In this document: piece by piece, positions 1-10,660 of the stretch
Layout of the letters: the number at the start of each line of letters is the position of its first letter
Position numbering within the stretch: the first letter of the stretch is position 1
Origin: Mobula hypostoma
Taxonomy: Eukaryota
Assembly (NCBI RefSeq): GCF_963921235.1
Contig: NC_086097.1
Span: forward strand, 13,020,001-13,084,000
DNA: 64,000 nucleotides
Direction of reading: 5' to 3'
Notes under the pieces: generated by a model
Told to the model about the DNA's origin: nothing
The model's input: only the letters and a program-made list of their open reading frames with translations
Database searches by the model: none
Made by a program: the position numbers and the translations under genes

Positions 1-658
1 AGGGTGTTTTTACCCTTGCAGTTCCTTAGCTCTATCCGCAATGATTCAACACCTTTCGACCCTATGTCACCACTTTCTAATGATTTGGCTTCATTTTTTA
101 CCAACAGATCAATGCCACCCCCTCTACCTTCCTGCCTGTCTTTTCAATACAATGTGTATCCTTGGGCATTAAGCTCCCAGTTATACTCCTCTTTCAGCCA
201 TGATTCAACAATGCAGCTACACCACACATACCATTCTGTAACTGTGCTACAAATTCATCGACCTTACACTGTATGCTGCTTGCATTCAAATACAACGCCT
301 TCAGTCATGCCTTCACTTTTTTCGATTTTGTCCACCTTTTGCATAGCAACAAATCCTGTTGACTGCAATTTTCCCCTTAGATCAGCCTTTCCTTGCTAGG
401 AGTCTCACTACTGATTACTTCTGTTTGTAAACCAACTACCCAATCTTCAGCATTATCACTCTGATTCCCACCCCCTTGCCAAATTAGTTTAAACCCACTA
501 GAACAACTCTAGCCCACCTGCCCATAAGCGTATCGGACCCCCTTGGGTTCAGATGTAAACCATCCCTCTTGTACAGGTCATACCTTCCCCAGAAAAGATC
601 CCAATGATCCATAAATCTGAATGCCTGCCCCCTGCACCAGTTCCTCAGCCACACATTC
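1..658 (-). mobile_element. CR1 LINE fragment: ORF1 C-terminus (SGNH esterase-like) and start of ORF2 AP-endonuclease
   Basis: ORF 484-891 ends LNVWLRNWCRGQAFRFMDHWDLFWGRYDLYKRDGLHLNPRG (DxxH block). Bases 1-300 are near-collinear with the APE region of the CR1 at 53710-54000. Confidence 0.85.
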
Positions 659-1395
659 AAAGATTCAAAGTATGCAACTCTGAAATTCTTCAATTTTCCA
701 GGTAACCATGAAACCAAGAAAGAAAAGAAAGTTAGCTCGATCATCAACCCCCGAATCCCTCTTCCCACACAAAAAACAGCAAAAGGATTAAGCATATTCT
801 CCAAATTCCTCCTCCTGCACAAAAAAAACAAACAGAATGGATCAGGTGCATCAACCCCTAAATCTCTCCTCCTGCACAAAAAAATGAGCAAAAGGGATCA
901 AGCACATTGACAACAAATCTCTCCTCCTGCACAAAAAAAAAACAACAAAATGATCGGGCATGTCAATCCCCAAATCCCTCTCCTTGCATAACCCACCCCC
1001 ACTAAAAAAAAGATCGGGCAAAAAAACAGAGTATATAAAAATGACAAGACTGAAAAATAGAGTCTATAGTCCAAAATCCACATCGAAAATGCAGAAAAAA
1101 CCTGGGTACACTCTCTGTCCAGACACAGCAGCAGGATCTCCCCTCTCTGGTGCAGAGCAACTGATAAAAAGACAGGCGGCCAGCACTCACCCTCTGCACT
1201 TGCTTCGAAGCTTCAGTCTCACTTGTCACTTTAATTGGCAAAATGGAGTCAAACATTGGCTTGCACCCCGTCCTACAGCCAGCCCACTACAAGGTTCGCA
1301 CACGCTGCCTCTGTCTCTTGGAATCCTCTCAGAGACTGCAGAGCACTGGAACATGCAAACGGTCTCCAAACAGCCTCACTTGCCTTGATGTTTCA
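659..1395 (-). mobile_element. Unclassified non-autonomous retroposon-like insertion inside CR1 ORF1
   Basis: Interrupts the CR1 ORF1 frame and begins with TTCAAAGATTCAAAG, the reverse complement of a short tandem 3' tail. No coding similarity. Confidence 0.45.
735..995. repeat. Degenerate minisatellite, about 55-bp unit, about 5 copies
   Basis: Recurring CAAATCYCTCCTCCTGCACAAAAAAA...GGATC units. Confidence 0.75.
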
Positions 1396-1397
1396 AT

Positions 1398-1820
1398 TCA
1401 TAGTCATAGTCATACTTTATTGATCCAGGGAGAAATTGGATTTTCATTACAGTTGCTCCATAAATAATAAATAGTAATAAAACCATAAATAGTTAAATAG
1501 TGATATGTAAATTATGCCAGTAAATTATGAAATAAGTCCAGGACCAGCCTATTGGCTCAGGGTGTCTGACCCTCCAAGAGAGGAGTTGTAAAGTTTGATG
1601 GCCACAGGCAGGAATGAGTTCCTATGACGCTCTGTGCTGCATCTCGGTGGAATGAGTCTCTGGCTGAATGTATTCCTGTGCCTAACCAGTACATTATGTA
1701 GTGGATGGGAGACATTGTCCAAGATGGCATGCAACTTGGACAGCATCCTCTTTTCAGACACCATCCTGAGAGAGTCCAGTTCCATCCCCACAACATCACT
1801 GGCCTTATGAATGAGTTTGT
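1398..1820 (-). mobile_element. Rex1/Babar-clade LINE 3' end
   Basis: KASDVVGMELDSL...SHPLH...NSFLPVAIKLYNSS* followed by a 3'UTR ending AATAAAGTATGACTATGACTATG. Near-identical copies at 12377 and 50207. Confidence 0.85.
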
Positions 1821-2190
1821 TCACCTGAGAAATCATCCTATTTGCACCCTCACTAGCACATTGTACAGACAGCAATCCAGAGATTACTACCTTAAAGCTC
1901 CTGTTTTTCAGCTTCCCAACATCTCTCTTCAGGACCTCCACATCTTGTCTACCTACATCGTTGTTGCCAATATGCACCAGGACTTCTGGTTGGACACCCT
2001 CGGCCCTGCGAATGCCATGGACATGATCTGAGATATCCATAATCCTGGCACCAGAGAGGCAACGTAAAATCCAGGTGTCTCAATTGCATCCATCAAACCC
2101 TGTCTCTGTTCCTCTGACTGTGGAATCTCCCATCAACACTGCAGTCCTCCTTACCTCTCTGCTCTTCTGAGACACAGCACCAGACTCAGT
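1821..2190 (-). mobile_element. CR1 ORF1 SGNH esterase-like region (continuation of 1-658)
   Basis: EVLVHIGNNDVGR...KVVISGLL (GxND block) in ORF 1549-2040. Confidence 0.8.
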
Positions 2191-2304
2191 CACAGAGCAG
2201 AAGCAGTAGGAGAGGAGATAAGCAACTGAGGACAAGAGTTAAGAGCGGTTTCCTTAATATATAAAACCGTGAGGTTTCTTCATGTATGTATCTCCAGTCC
2301 AAGT

Positions 2305-2463
2305 TATAGAGTCGTAAAATTATACAGCACAGAAACAATCCCTTTGGCCCAAATTGTCTGTACTGACTAAATTGTCTACCTGTGCTAGTTCCATTTACCA
2401 GTATTTGCCTCTTAAACTTTCCCATCCACGTATCCATCCAAATCTATTTTAAACATTGTAATT
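2305..2463 (-). mobile_element. CR1 3' tail fragment
   Basis: TACAGCACAGAAACA...TTTGGCCC 3'-end motif shared with other CR1 tails in the window. Confidence 0.55.
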
Positions 2464-2494
2464 TCACTTTCATGTTCTCAGTATTACCATTATT

Positions 2495-3725
2495 TTTATT
2501 TTTTTCTCAGCTCAACCTGTTAAAACCTGAGGTATGGGCATAAGCAAGCACATTCATTTCTCAATTGCCAGGGAATTTCAGACTATTCTAATGGTGTTTA
2601 GTATTGTGATTTTCTGGAGATTTGCATAAACATTGCTGTGTAGCCTATTTGTTTAATGCTATTGTGTAGAGACTTTGGGATGATACCAGTTGTAGATATT
2701 ACAACTGGGACAATGTATACCCTGTTCATGTTCCATAGTCTTTCAATTTCCTCTTTTCAGCATATTTCTGGTGTTTTCACTTATTGATTTCAGTATATTA
2801 TGTACACTTGGAATGGCTGTATCTATTAAATAAGTTATTCTTGCTTGTTTATCCTGTAATATTATATCCAGATAGTTATTATGGATTGTCCTATCTGTAA
2901 TAATGGATCAGTAATAATATAGTTTATAAGACTTTGGCTCTAAAACTGAATCAGGATTATATTTATTCTAAGATACAGTTTCTTTTATGTATTTGTATTT
3001 TAAAGCAAGGTTTTGGCAAATGATATTTGCTACTTGTTTGAGCCTGTGTAAGTAATCATATTGAGTTAAACTACTGCAGGAGCCTATAATGTGTTGGATT
3101 GTTTTTGGTTCCTCTTGGCATTTTCTGCATTTATCAACTTGGCCTTTTATTATTAATTTCTGATAATATTTTGTGTTAAACATCTGGTCCTATATTGCCA
3201 CAAAGATCTCCACAGGTGTCCAAATCTGAGCCAGGCATTCAATACTTACTTGTTGACATCTAGTCTGCTCAGATCATTGGGATGTCTTCCATGAAGGGTC
3301 ATACTCTTCCATTAGTTAACCTTTTCTTGCATAGTGATCATTTTTTTCATATTTCAGGGTTGTGTTTTCATTTAAGTTTGGTGATGTGTACTTCTTATCA
3401 GAATTGCATATGCTTGTGTGGAGTGCTGAATTCTGTTTTCATTGATGAAAATATATCCTTAGAAATTTTTTCTGACTCTTGCGTAAACTTTTAATGTCTG
3501 TTATTCCTCCTCCTCCTTTTGTCCAAGGTAGTGTTAAGTGCAATCAGGTGCACGTAGTGTTTTCTAAATCTTGTCATTTCAGTTTTTACTCTCTTTGTAA
3601 ATTTTCCAGCTCGGTTTCAGACCAGGATATTATGCCAAAATAATACGTTAAAATATGTATAGAGAAAGCTTTTAATGCCTTTATTATACTTATACTATTG
3701 AGCTCTGGCAGATCTACTTAAAACT
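2495..3725 (-). mobile_element. R4/Dong-type non-LTR retrotransposon (RLE endonuclease), 5'-truncated, copy 1
   Basis: CCHC knuckle CRKCQEEPKTIQHIIGSC followed by YLHRLKQVA. Downstream region is homologous to the PD..D RLE ORF at 63253-63669. Confidence 0.8.
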
Positions 3726-3734
3726 ATAAGAAAA

Positions 3735-3950
3735 GTTTTCGTATTATTACTAGTTTTCTTTTTGTATGTGCGCATTTTGTTCCTCTTTTACACATTGGCT
3801 GTTCGTTAGTCTGTGCTTGTGAGTAAATTTTCATTGATCCTATTGTACTACTTTGTTCTACTTTGAATGCCTGCAAGAAAATAAATCTCAGGGTAGGTCT
3901 TGGTGACAGATTCATAGTTTGATAATATATTTACTTTGGACTTTGAACTT
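3735..3950 (+). mobile_element. Rex1/Babar-type LINE 3'UTR; host of Dong copy 1 (other half at about 2464-2495)
   Basis: GCCTGCAAGAAAATAAATCTCAGGG...CTTTGAAC tail. The left half carries CATGTTCTCA. Confidence 0.65.
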
Positions 3951-3954
3951 ATTC

Positions 3955-4235
3955 TGGTAGCTCTTTCCACATACCGACAACCTTCCGTGTGGGAAAAAAA
4001 TGGCACTTGAGCCCCTTTTAAATTTTGCTCCTCTAACCTTAAATCTATGCCTTCCAAGATCCGTACTCCCCTACCCTGGGAAAAAACCTGTGATCATTCA
4101 TCTTTATCTATGCCGCTCAATGATTTGATACACCTTTATAGGGTCACCGGTCAGCCACATACAGTTCAGGAAAACAATACATTCTATCCAGTCTCTCCTT
4201 ATAACTCAAGCTACCCAGACCTGGCAGCATCCTTA
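3955..4235 (-). mobile_element. CR1 ORF2 C-terminal fragment
   Basis: RMLPGLGSLSYKERLDR. Confidence 0.7.
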
Positions 4236-4639
4236 TGTAAGAGAACCATGGCTGTAAAATCCACCCCCTGGTTAACATGACTGTGTAACTCCTCCACCCA
4301 CACCCTACACCACCACCAACCCCCCTCCCCAATTCTGAAAGTAGGTTCTCCACAGCTCTTCGCTTTAAGCACATTCCCATTGCCAGTTGAACCAACAGCC
4401 GCCCGAGTCATACTGGAGACTGATATCACTCGACTGAGGTTGACAGCAAAGGACTTTCCTAGCACTGAGATATCTCCCCATCCCTGGAGCTCTTGCATTG
4501 AATGAAGATTTCAGATTACATTCAGAAGCAATTCTGTCACCCTTTATTGCTAAATATTCGGAGAGTGACACAAAGTTGGCCTGTTTTCTCACTCATGTGG
4601 AGATGCAGGCATTTCCCACAAAATTAGTCTCATGAGCCA

Positions 4640-5050
4640 TTGGCTCACGAGCCTAATGGTTGAGGGATAATAACTGGTCCTTAATCCGGTATTGTTTGTC
4701 CTGAGGCTCCTGCACCTCCTTCCCGATGGCAACAGTGAGAAGAGAGCATGACCTGTGTAGTAACTTCTACTTTTAAAAAGGCACACTCGACCATTTCATG
4801 CCCAAGAAACAACTTTATGTTGAACTTCAAAACCGTTATGTATATACAGAGGCTTTCACAACCCGTACGGTATGGCAGGAGCACTATATACAGAGCACAC
4901 TGGAAATAAAAAGAACGGAAGTAAAACCCCCCATTATCCTAATTGGCATTAACTTACTTTTAATAATGCTCACATTACAACAACCTGAATGGCGGGGGTC
5001 CCTGATGACGGATGCTGCTTTCCTCTGACAGTGCGCCATGTAGAGACGTG
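4640..5050 (-). mobile_element. Rex1/Babar C-terminal fragment split by a solo LTR
   Basis: RKAASVIRDPRHSG / HALFSLLPSGRRCRSLRT on either side of 4756-4982. Confidence 0.7.
4756..4982 (-). mobile_element. Solo LTR, 227 bp
   Basis: Termini TGTAGTAA...TTACAACA; 5-bp TSD ACCTG at 4751-4755 and 4983-4987. Confidence 0.75.
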
Positions 5051-5084
5051 CTACATCCAGCATTGCGCCGGTGAACCGCAGCAA

Positions 5085-5737
5085 TGTTCTATGGGTTACG
5101 CACAAAAGTTTCTTCTGATTTAGCAGAAGCTGTAGATTATGCTTCTTATGAGTGAAGAGTTCCATTTTCTTCCAACAGGTGGAACAGTGTAACACTGCTA
5201 ATGTAAGTGTTTTTTCTGTAGCAGCAATGTTTGGGTTATAGCTAGAAATAATGGGGGCTTTGGAATGGGCACCATCCAATGAAAGGAGTGTTCTTTTCTT
5301 GTTGTGTGCCTGAGACCGAGGTGACCTGGGTCTTTTGCTCGGCGGAAAATGGAGACAGAAGATGCTAGGATGGAGAGGTCGTAGACACCAGGATGGAGCA
5401 GGGCTGGGAGTGGATGAAGCCCAGGGGAAATCGATGGAGGACCAGCGGAAGAAAAACTGTGAGCTCCAACTAGTGCACATTAGACTGTTTCATTGAAATG
5501 GACCTTTTTTTTGTTTTCCTTTAATAACTCTTCCGTTAAATTAAGAATTATAAAGCTAAATTGTTTAATTGCATATGGTGTACTGTCTGATATTTTGTGG
5601 TACTAATTTGTAACAGGGGAACAGATCACACAGCATCCACACAAACAAATGGTTTTGCACCTCAGATTTCACACCTTTGGCGGGGCCAGAGACTGTCTTC
5701 CCTGGACTAACGCTATCAGCTGAACCTGTGGGTTACA
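5085..5737 (+). mobile_element. Probable solo LTR
   Basis: Ends in GGGTTACA and contains a CCAAT motif and an AT-rich polyA-like region. Left terminus is degenerate and no TSD was found. Confidence 0.4.
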
Positions 5738-5746
5738 GGTAAAATA

Positions 5747-6378
5747 GGAGGGAGGAGAAGATGGCGGCGCGACACAGCACATGCGGCCGTTCCGATGATA
5801 TCGTATGTATTAACTAGGGGGCTGTGCACAATCCGGATTTAATGTTGACAACCGTGAGAAGCACGGAGGAACACCTGGAGAAACTTCTGAAATGCACGCT
5901 TCACTGCCGCTGCTACTGTGCGATTGAGAATCTCCGGAGGGGAAGGCCCCAAATCCTCGGCTTTGCCTATTGCCAGGGCCGGGGTCGAAGCGCTCGGCAG
6001 AGATGGTGCTCGGTGCTCGGTGTCGGAGAGCTGGTCGGAGCTCGGAGTTTTCGGACGGACTCAGAGTCGGACTGTGGTCGGATGCTTCCAGGATGCTGCA
6101 TCGGCAAGTTTGCGGCGCTGGAGGTTCACCGTCTGTATGAGATGATGGGACTTTTGAGAGACTTTGAGACTTTTACCGTGCCGTTGTCTGTTCTTATCAA
6201 ATTACGGTATTGCTTTGCACTGTTGTAACTGTATGTTATATTTATGTGGTTTTTGTCAGTTTTTAAGTTGCTTTGTCATGTGTTTCTGTGATATCATTCT
6301 GGAAAAACATTGTATCATTTCTTAATGCATGCATTACTAAATGACAATAAAAGAGGACTGCATGTCCTCATAATCTAA
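5747..6378 (+). mobile_element. Young CpG-rich non-autonomous LINE-derived element
   Basis: Starts with AAGATGGCGGCG (YY1-type LINE 5' motif), has a CpG-rich body and ends AATAAAAGAGG...ATAATCTAA. No RT ORF. Confidence 0.55.
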
Positions 6379-6859
6379 AAAAAATAACACTTTTGTCTGT
6401 TTCATATACTTTTAATTCTTAAAACACGTTCCTAACTTTGTTTAAAATGAAGTTATTTGTATTAGGACTATCAAAGAGAATCCCCAAGTCTATAATTCAA
6501 TAATATTTGGGTCAGAATCTGAATTTAGGCTCTATGAAACTAGCCCTCATATGAAATGGCTATTCGCCGCTTCAAAGGCTTACAAATCCATCTCTGTGAT
6601 ATGGACGATTATTTAACCAACATTTTTGAAAGGAACTGCATGAATGTGGTAACTTTTCTAATGAGTCATTCCAGCCAGGGATGGGAGTTTAGCTCGAGCC
6701 ATATGTTATAGCAATGTGATTTATGCTGCTCTAATCACCCCTCCTGGCTGAAGTGTACCACTTTCAGAGACTGTGGAAATGGCAGATTCCTACATTCCTA
6801 CATTCCTAAAGAAACAAACAACTCTGCTAACCTGGAGTTGTCCCATAGCTAATTGAGTA

Positions 6860-7095
6860 TTTCTGAAATGCAGTTAGTGTTCTAAATAAGGAAACAGGGC
6901 AGTAAATTGTGCACAGCAAGCTTCCACAAGCTCAAACATGTTACTTATAAATTTAGCAATGTTAATTGAGAGATTAATATTGGCCAGGTCACTGTGAAAT
7001 ATTCCTCTGCTCTTTTTCTAGTTTTGCAGTGGGAATCTTTACATCAACCTGAGGGGGCAAATGAATGAATTGGCTTAATATTTCATCTGGCAGAC
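6860..7095 (-). mobile_element. Ancient Deu-domain SINE remnant (SacSINE1/AmnSINE1-like)
   Basis: Ordered blocks AATTGTGCACAGCAAG..CCACAA, ATATTGGCCAGG, CTGCTCTT, GGGAATCTTTACATCAACCTGAG resemble the Deu domain as recalled. Confidence 0.6.
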
Positions 7096-7209
7096 TTATT
7101 TTTATTTCCCTTTAAAGTCTTCCTACAACTCTTTGTCTTCAGTCTGATTGATGTAATCTTCTGTTGCAAGTACCCTATCGGCCTTGCCTTTAATTCACTG
7201 CAGATTTAT

Positions 7210-7400
7210 TAGAACATAGAATAAGTCTGTAACACTACAGCACAGCACAGGTTCTTTGGCCCACAATGTTATGCTGACCTTTTAACTTACTTTAAGATCA
7301 ATTTAACTGTTCCCTCCCATATAGTCCTCCATTTTTCTATCATGCATATGCCTATCTAACAGTCTTTTAAATGCCCCTAATGTAGCTGCCTCTTCCCCTC
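7210..7400 (-). mobile_element. CR1 3' end fragment
   Basis: AGAACATAGAA..TACAGCACAG..GGCCCACAATGTT tail motif. Confidence 0.65.
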
Positions 7401-7479
7401 CACCATTAGATTTCTGAATGAACAATGAAACTACCTCACTATTTTTAAAACGTTTGCTCTCATTTTGCACTTCTTATTA

Positions 7480-7752
7480 TCAGGTCGTAGGGTTTGGAGG
7501 CTTGTGTGCCTCAGTGACCCAGAGAGCTATGTCGGCTGGAGTCAGTGCTTTAAGCTTTAGCTCTTGATAAGGTCACCCATACCAAACAGGTCAAAGGGTA
7601 GAGGCCAGACTAAGAGTGGCCCACTGGTCCTCCAGGTTCTGGAGTTCAGCTGAGGGCTAACAACCCTGACTGATCAAAAAACAATTGCTACGGAAACAGC
7701 AATGAAGAATCCTTCTATGCAGACAGAGATGGATGACCTTCATTGCTGTCCT
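7480..7752 (+). mobile_element. RTE-derived non-autonomous element (5'UTR-like part plus tail) inside a Rex 3'UTR
   Basis: GAGAGCTATGTCGGCTGG..AAACAGGTC..GGCCAGACTAAGAG..GGTCCTCCAGGTT..GGGCTAACAACC, typical of RTE/Expander 5' regions. Confidence 0.55.
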
Positions 7753-8104
7753 GATTTATAGTTTTTGTTATTATGTATTGCAATGTACTGCTACATCAGA
7801 ACAACAAACTTCATGACATATGCCAGTGACATGAGATCAGTGATCCAGATCTTTATTCTAATTCTGAACTGTTCCATACTGACCAAGATTCCCATCTAAG
7901 CTAGCCTCAATTGGTCTATGCTATTCTAAAATTATTCTGTTCATGTATCTTTTCTGTTCATCTTGTTAATGTACCTGTCTCAACCACTTCCACTGGCAAA
8001 TTAGTTCATATACAATCACCCTCGGGTTTCTATTAAAACTCTTCATTGTCACCCCAAACCTGTCCTCCTCAGTTTTCAATCCTAATTCCCAGGAAAAAAA
8101 AATA

Positions 8105-8335
8105 TTAAGATATACAGCATAGTAACAGGCCCTTTAGGCTCACTGAGCTGCAAACCCAATTCCACCCATTGCGGTCATTTAACCTAATAGTTAGTACATC
8201 TGTGAAATGTGGGAGTAAACCAAAGTGTCTTGAGGAAATCCACATGGTCATGGGGAGAACATACAAACTCCTTACAGACAATGGTGAAATTGAGCCTTGG
8301 TGGCCTATGCTGTTATAGGGGTACACTAACCACTC
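8105..8335 (-). mobile_element. HE1-like V-SINE
   Basis: V-domain reverse complement TGTGGGAG.AAACC..GAGGAAA.CCAC..GGGGAGAACATACAAACTCC. Confidence 0.75.
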
Positions 8336-9725
8336 CAAAGGTCTCTTAAAAGATGCTATTGTCTCCGCCTCCACCACCACTGTTGCCGGCAGCCCATTCC
8401 ACACATTCACTACTCTCTGCGTAAAAATCTTACCCCTGACATCTCCTGTTGCCGGCAGCCCATTCCACACATTCACTACTCTCTGCGTAAAAATCTTACC
8501 CCTGACATCTCCTCTGTACCTGCTCCCCAGCACCTTAAACCTGTGCCCTCTTGTGGCAACCATTTCAGCCCTGGGAAAAATCCTCTGACTATCCACACAA
8601 TCAATGCCTCTCATCATCTTATACACCTCTGAGGTCACCTCTCATCGCTCAAAGGAGAAAAGGCCAAGTTCACTCTACCTCTTTTCATAAGGCATGCTCC
8701 CCAATCCAGGCAACATCCATGTAAATCTCCTCTGCATGGTGTCTATGGTTTCTACATCCTTCCTGTAGTGAGGCGACCAGAACTGAGCACAGTACTCCAT
8801 GTGGGGTCTGACCAGTGTCCTGTACAGCTGCAATATTATGTCTCGACTCCTAAATTCAATTCCACGATTGATGAAGGCCAATACCCCATACGCCTTCTTA
8901 ACCACAAAGTCAACCTGTGCAGCTGCTTTGAGTGTCCTATGGACTCGGACCCCAAGATCCCTCTGATCCTCCACATTGCCAAGAGTCTTACCATTAATAC
9001 TATATTCTGCCGTCATATTTGACCTACCAAAATGAACCACTTCACACTTATCTGGGTTGAACTCCATCTGCCACTTCTCAGCCCAGTTTTGCATCCTATC
9101 AATATCCCGCTGTAATCTTTGACAGCCCTCCACACTATCCTCAACACACCCAACTTTTGTGTCATCAGCAAACTTACTAACACATCCCTCCACTTCCTCA
9201 TCCAGGTCATTAATAAAAATCATGAAGAGTAAGGGTCCCAGAACAGATCCCTGAGGCACTCCACTGGTCACTGACCTCCATGCAGAATATGACCCGTCTA
9301 CAACCACTCTTTGCCTTCTGTGGGTAATCCAGTTCTGGATCCACAAAGCAATGTCCCCTTGGATCCCATGCCTCCTCTCTTTCTCAATAAGCCTTGCATG
9401 GGGTACCTTATCAAATGCCTTGCTGAAATCCATATACACTACATCTACTGCTCTTCCTTCATCAAAGTGTTTAGTCACATCCTCAAAAAATTCAATCAGA
9501 CTCGAAAGGCACAACCTGCCCTTAACAAAGCCATGCTGACTATTCCTACATATTATACCTCTCCAAATGTTCATAATTCCCACCTCTCAGGATCTTCTCC
9601 ATCAACTTACCAACCACTGAAGTTAGACTCACTGGTCTATAATTTCCTGGGCTCTCTCTACTCCCTTTCTTGAATAAGGGAAAAATATCCGCAACCCTCC
9701 AGTCTTCCAGAACCTCTCCCATCCC
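8336..9725 (-). mobile_element. Young CR1 LINE, RT domain and C-terminus
   Basis: 302-aa ORF 8675-9583 with YMDFSKAFDKV, GVPQGSVLGPLLF and SKFADDTK; continues into ORF 8105-8638. Confidence 0.95.
8381..8512. repeat. Perfect 66-bp tandem duplication within CR1
   Basis: 8381-8446 is identical to 8447-8512. Confidence 0.95.
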
Positions 9726-10585
9726 CAGTCTCATCAGTCTCCTCTGTATTATTTCCAGCTCAGTGGTATCTTTCCCATAATGTGGTGACCAAAACTGAGC
9801 CCAATATTCCACATGCAGGCTCACTAGTGTCTGTCCTGTTCCTCCTCTTCTCAAATTCAAAAATTTCTCAATCGGATTTTCCAGATATTTAAACATGCTG
9901 CTGGCTTTCAAATGAGAAGATATCATTTCCCAACACCTCTTTTTTAAAAACGTATCCCAATTGTTGAGGTATCATTCAACTGACAAACTGAAATAAAAGT
10001 GACCTCTCTTGTTTTGCAGTTGAATAATCTCCCTGCAGCCACTTAACGTCAAAGTAAACACCTATTTGTGGAATTAGATCCCATTGAGCCCTCTGAGAGG
10101 CAAGGGTTGCCACTTAAAGCCAATTACTTAGATGAGCCCAAGAGCTTTGCTCTTGCTGCATCAGCCACAAGCCACTTGATAACTATCAGCATCAATTATT
10201 TCTGACCCAGTCACAAAAGTCACCACACCAACCAATTTAAATGTGCAGTCATATACCAGGCCTCATGATTTCTTTTTGCCTCCTTAGTGCTTTCTACAGA
10301 GCACAGGTGACTGGAGACGATGTCATCCTCTTTCAGCAGCTATGGCCCTGCTCACTGACTGGCAACCATATTGACATGAAGGGAGCTTAAGCTTGGTCAA
10401 TTGGTGGTAACTAGCGTGAGTCCAACTTCATGACAACACAAGTTACATTGGTATTAGAGATGTTTGGTCGATTCACTAAACCACCTTGTATGGAAACAGA
10501 TTCTTTATTCCAACTGATTCATGCTGACTAAAATTGCTATCTAAGCTGATCTAATTTGCCAGTGTTTGCCTCATGCTCCTCTGAA

Positions 10586-10660
10586 CCAGCGGTTCTCAAT
10601 TTCTTTAATGCCACGGATGAATACTATTAAGCAAGCAATCCATGGATCCCAGGCTCCTGC
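10586..10660. mobile_element. Small hAT-type MITE; related pieces at about 17865-17935 and 48157-48202
   Basis: CAGCGGTTCTCAA..TGCCA.GGA..ATAC.ATTAAGCAAG..TCCATGGA.CCC motif recurs three times. Confidence 0.5.

Noticed and set aside
1549..2040. 163-aa ORF apparently fusing an esterase to a LINE C-terminus
   Set aside because: Chance in-frame junction between CR1 ORF1 and a nested Rex1/Babar 3' end; not a gene.
4884..5480. 198-aa ORF
   Set aside because: Spans an LTR-like repeat, a Rex fragment and a solo LTR; no coherent domain.
6248..6290. GGTTTTTGT resembling a V(D)J RSS nonamer
   Set aside because: No CACTGTG heptamer at 12 or 23 bp, it lies in a repeat, and no V or J segments were seen.
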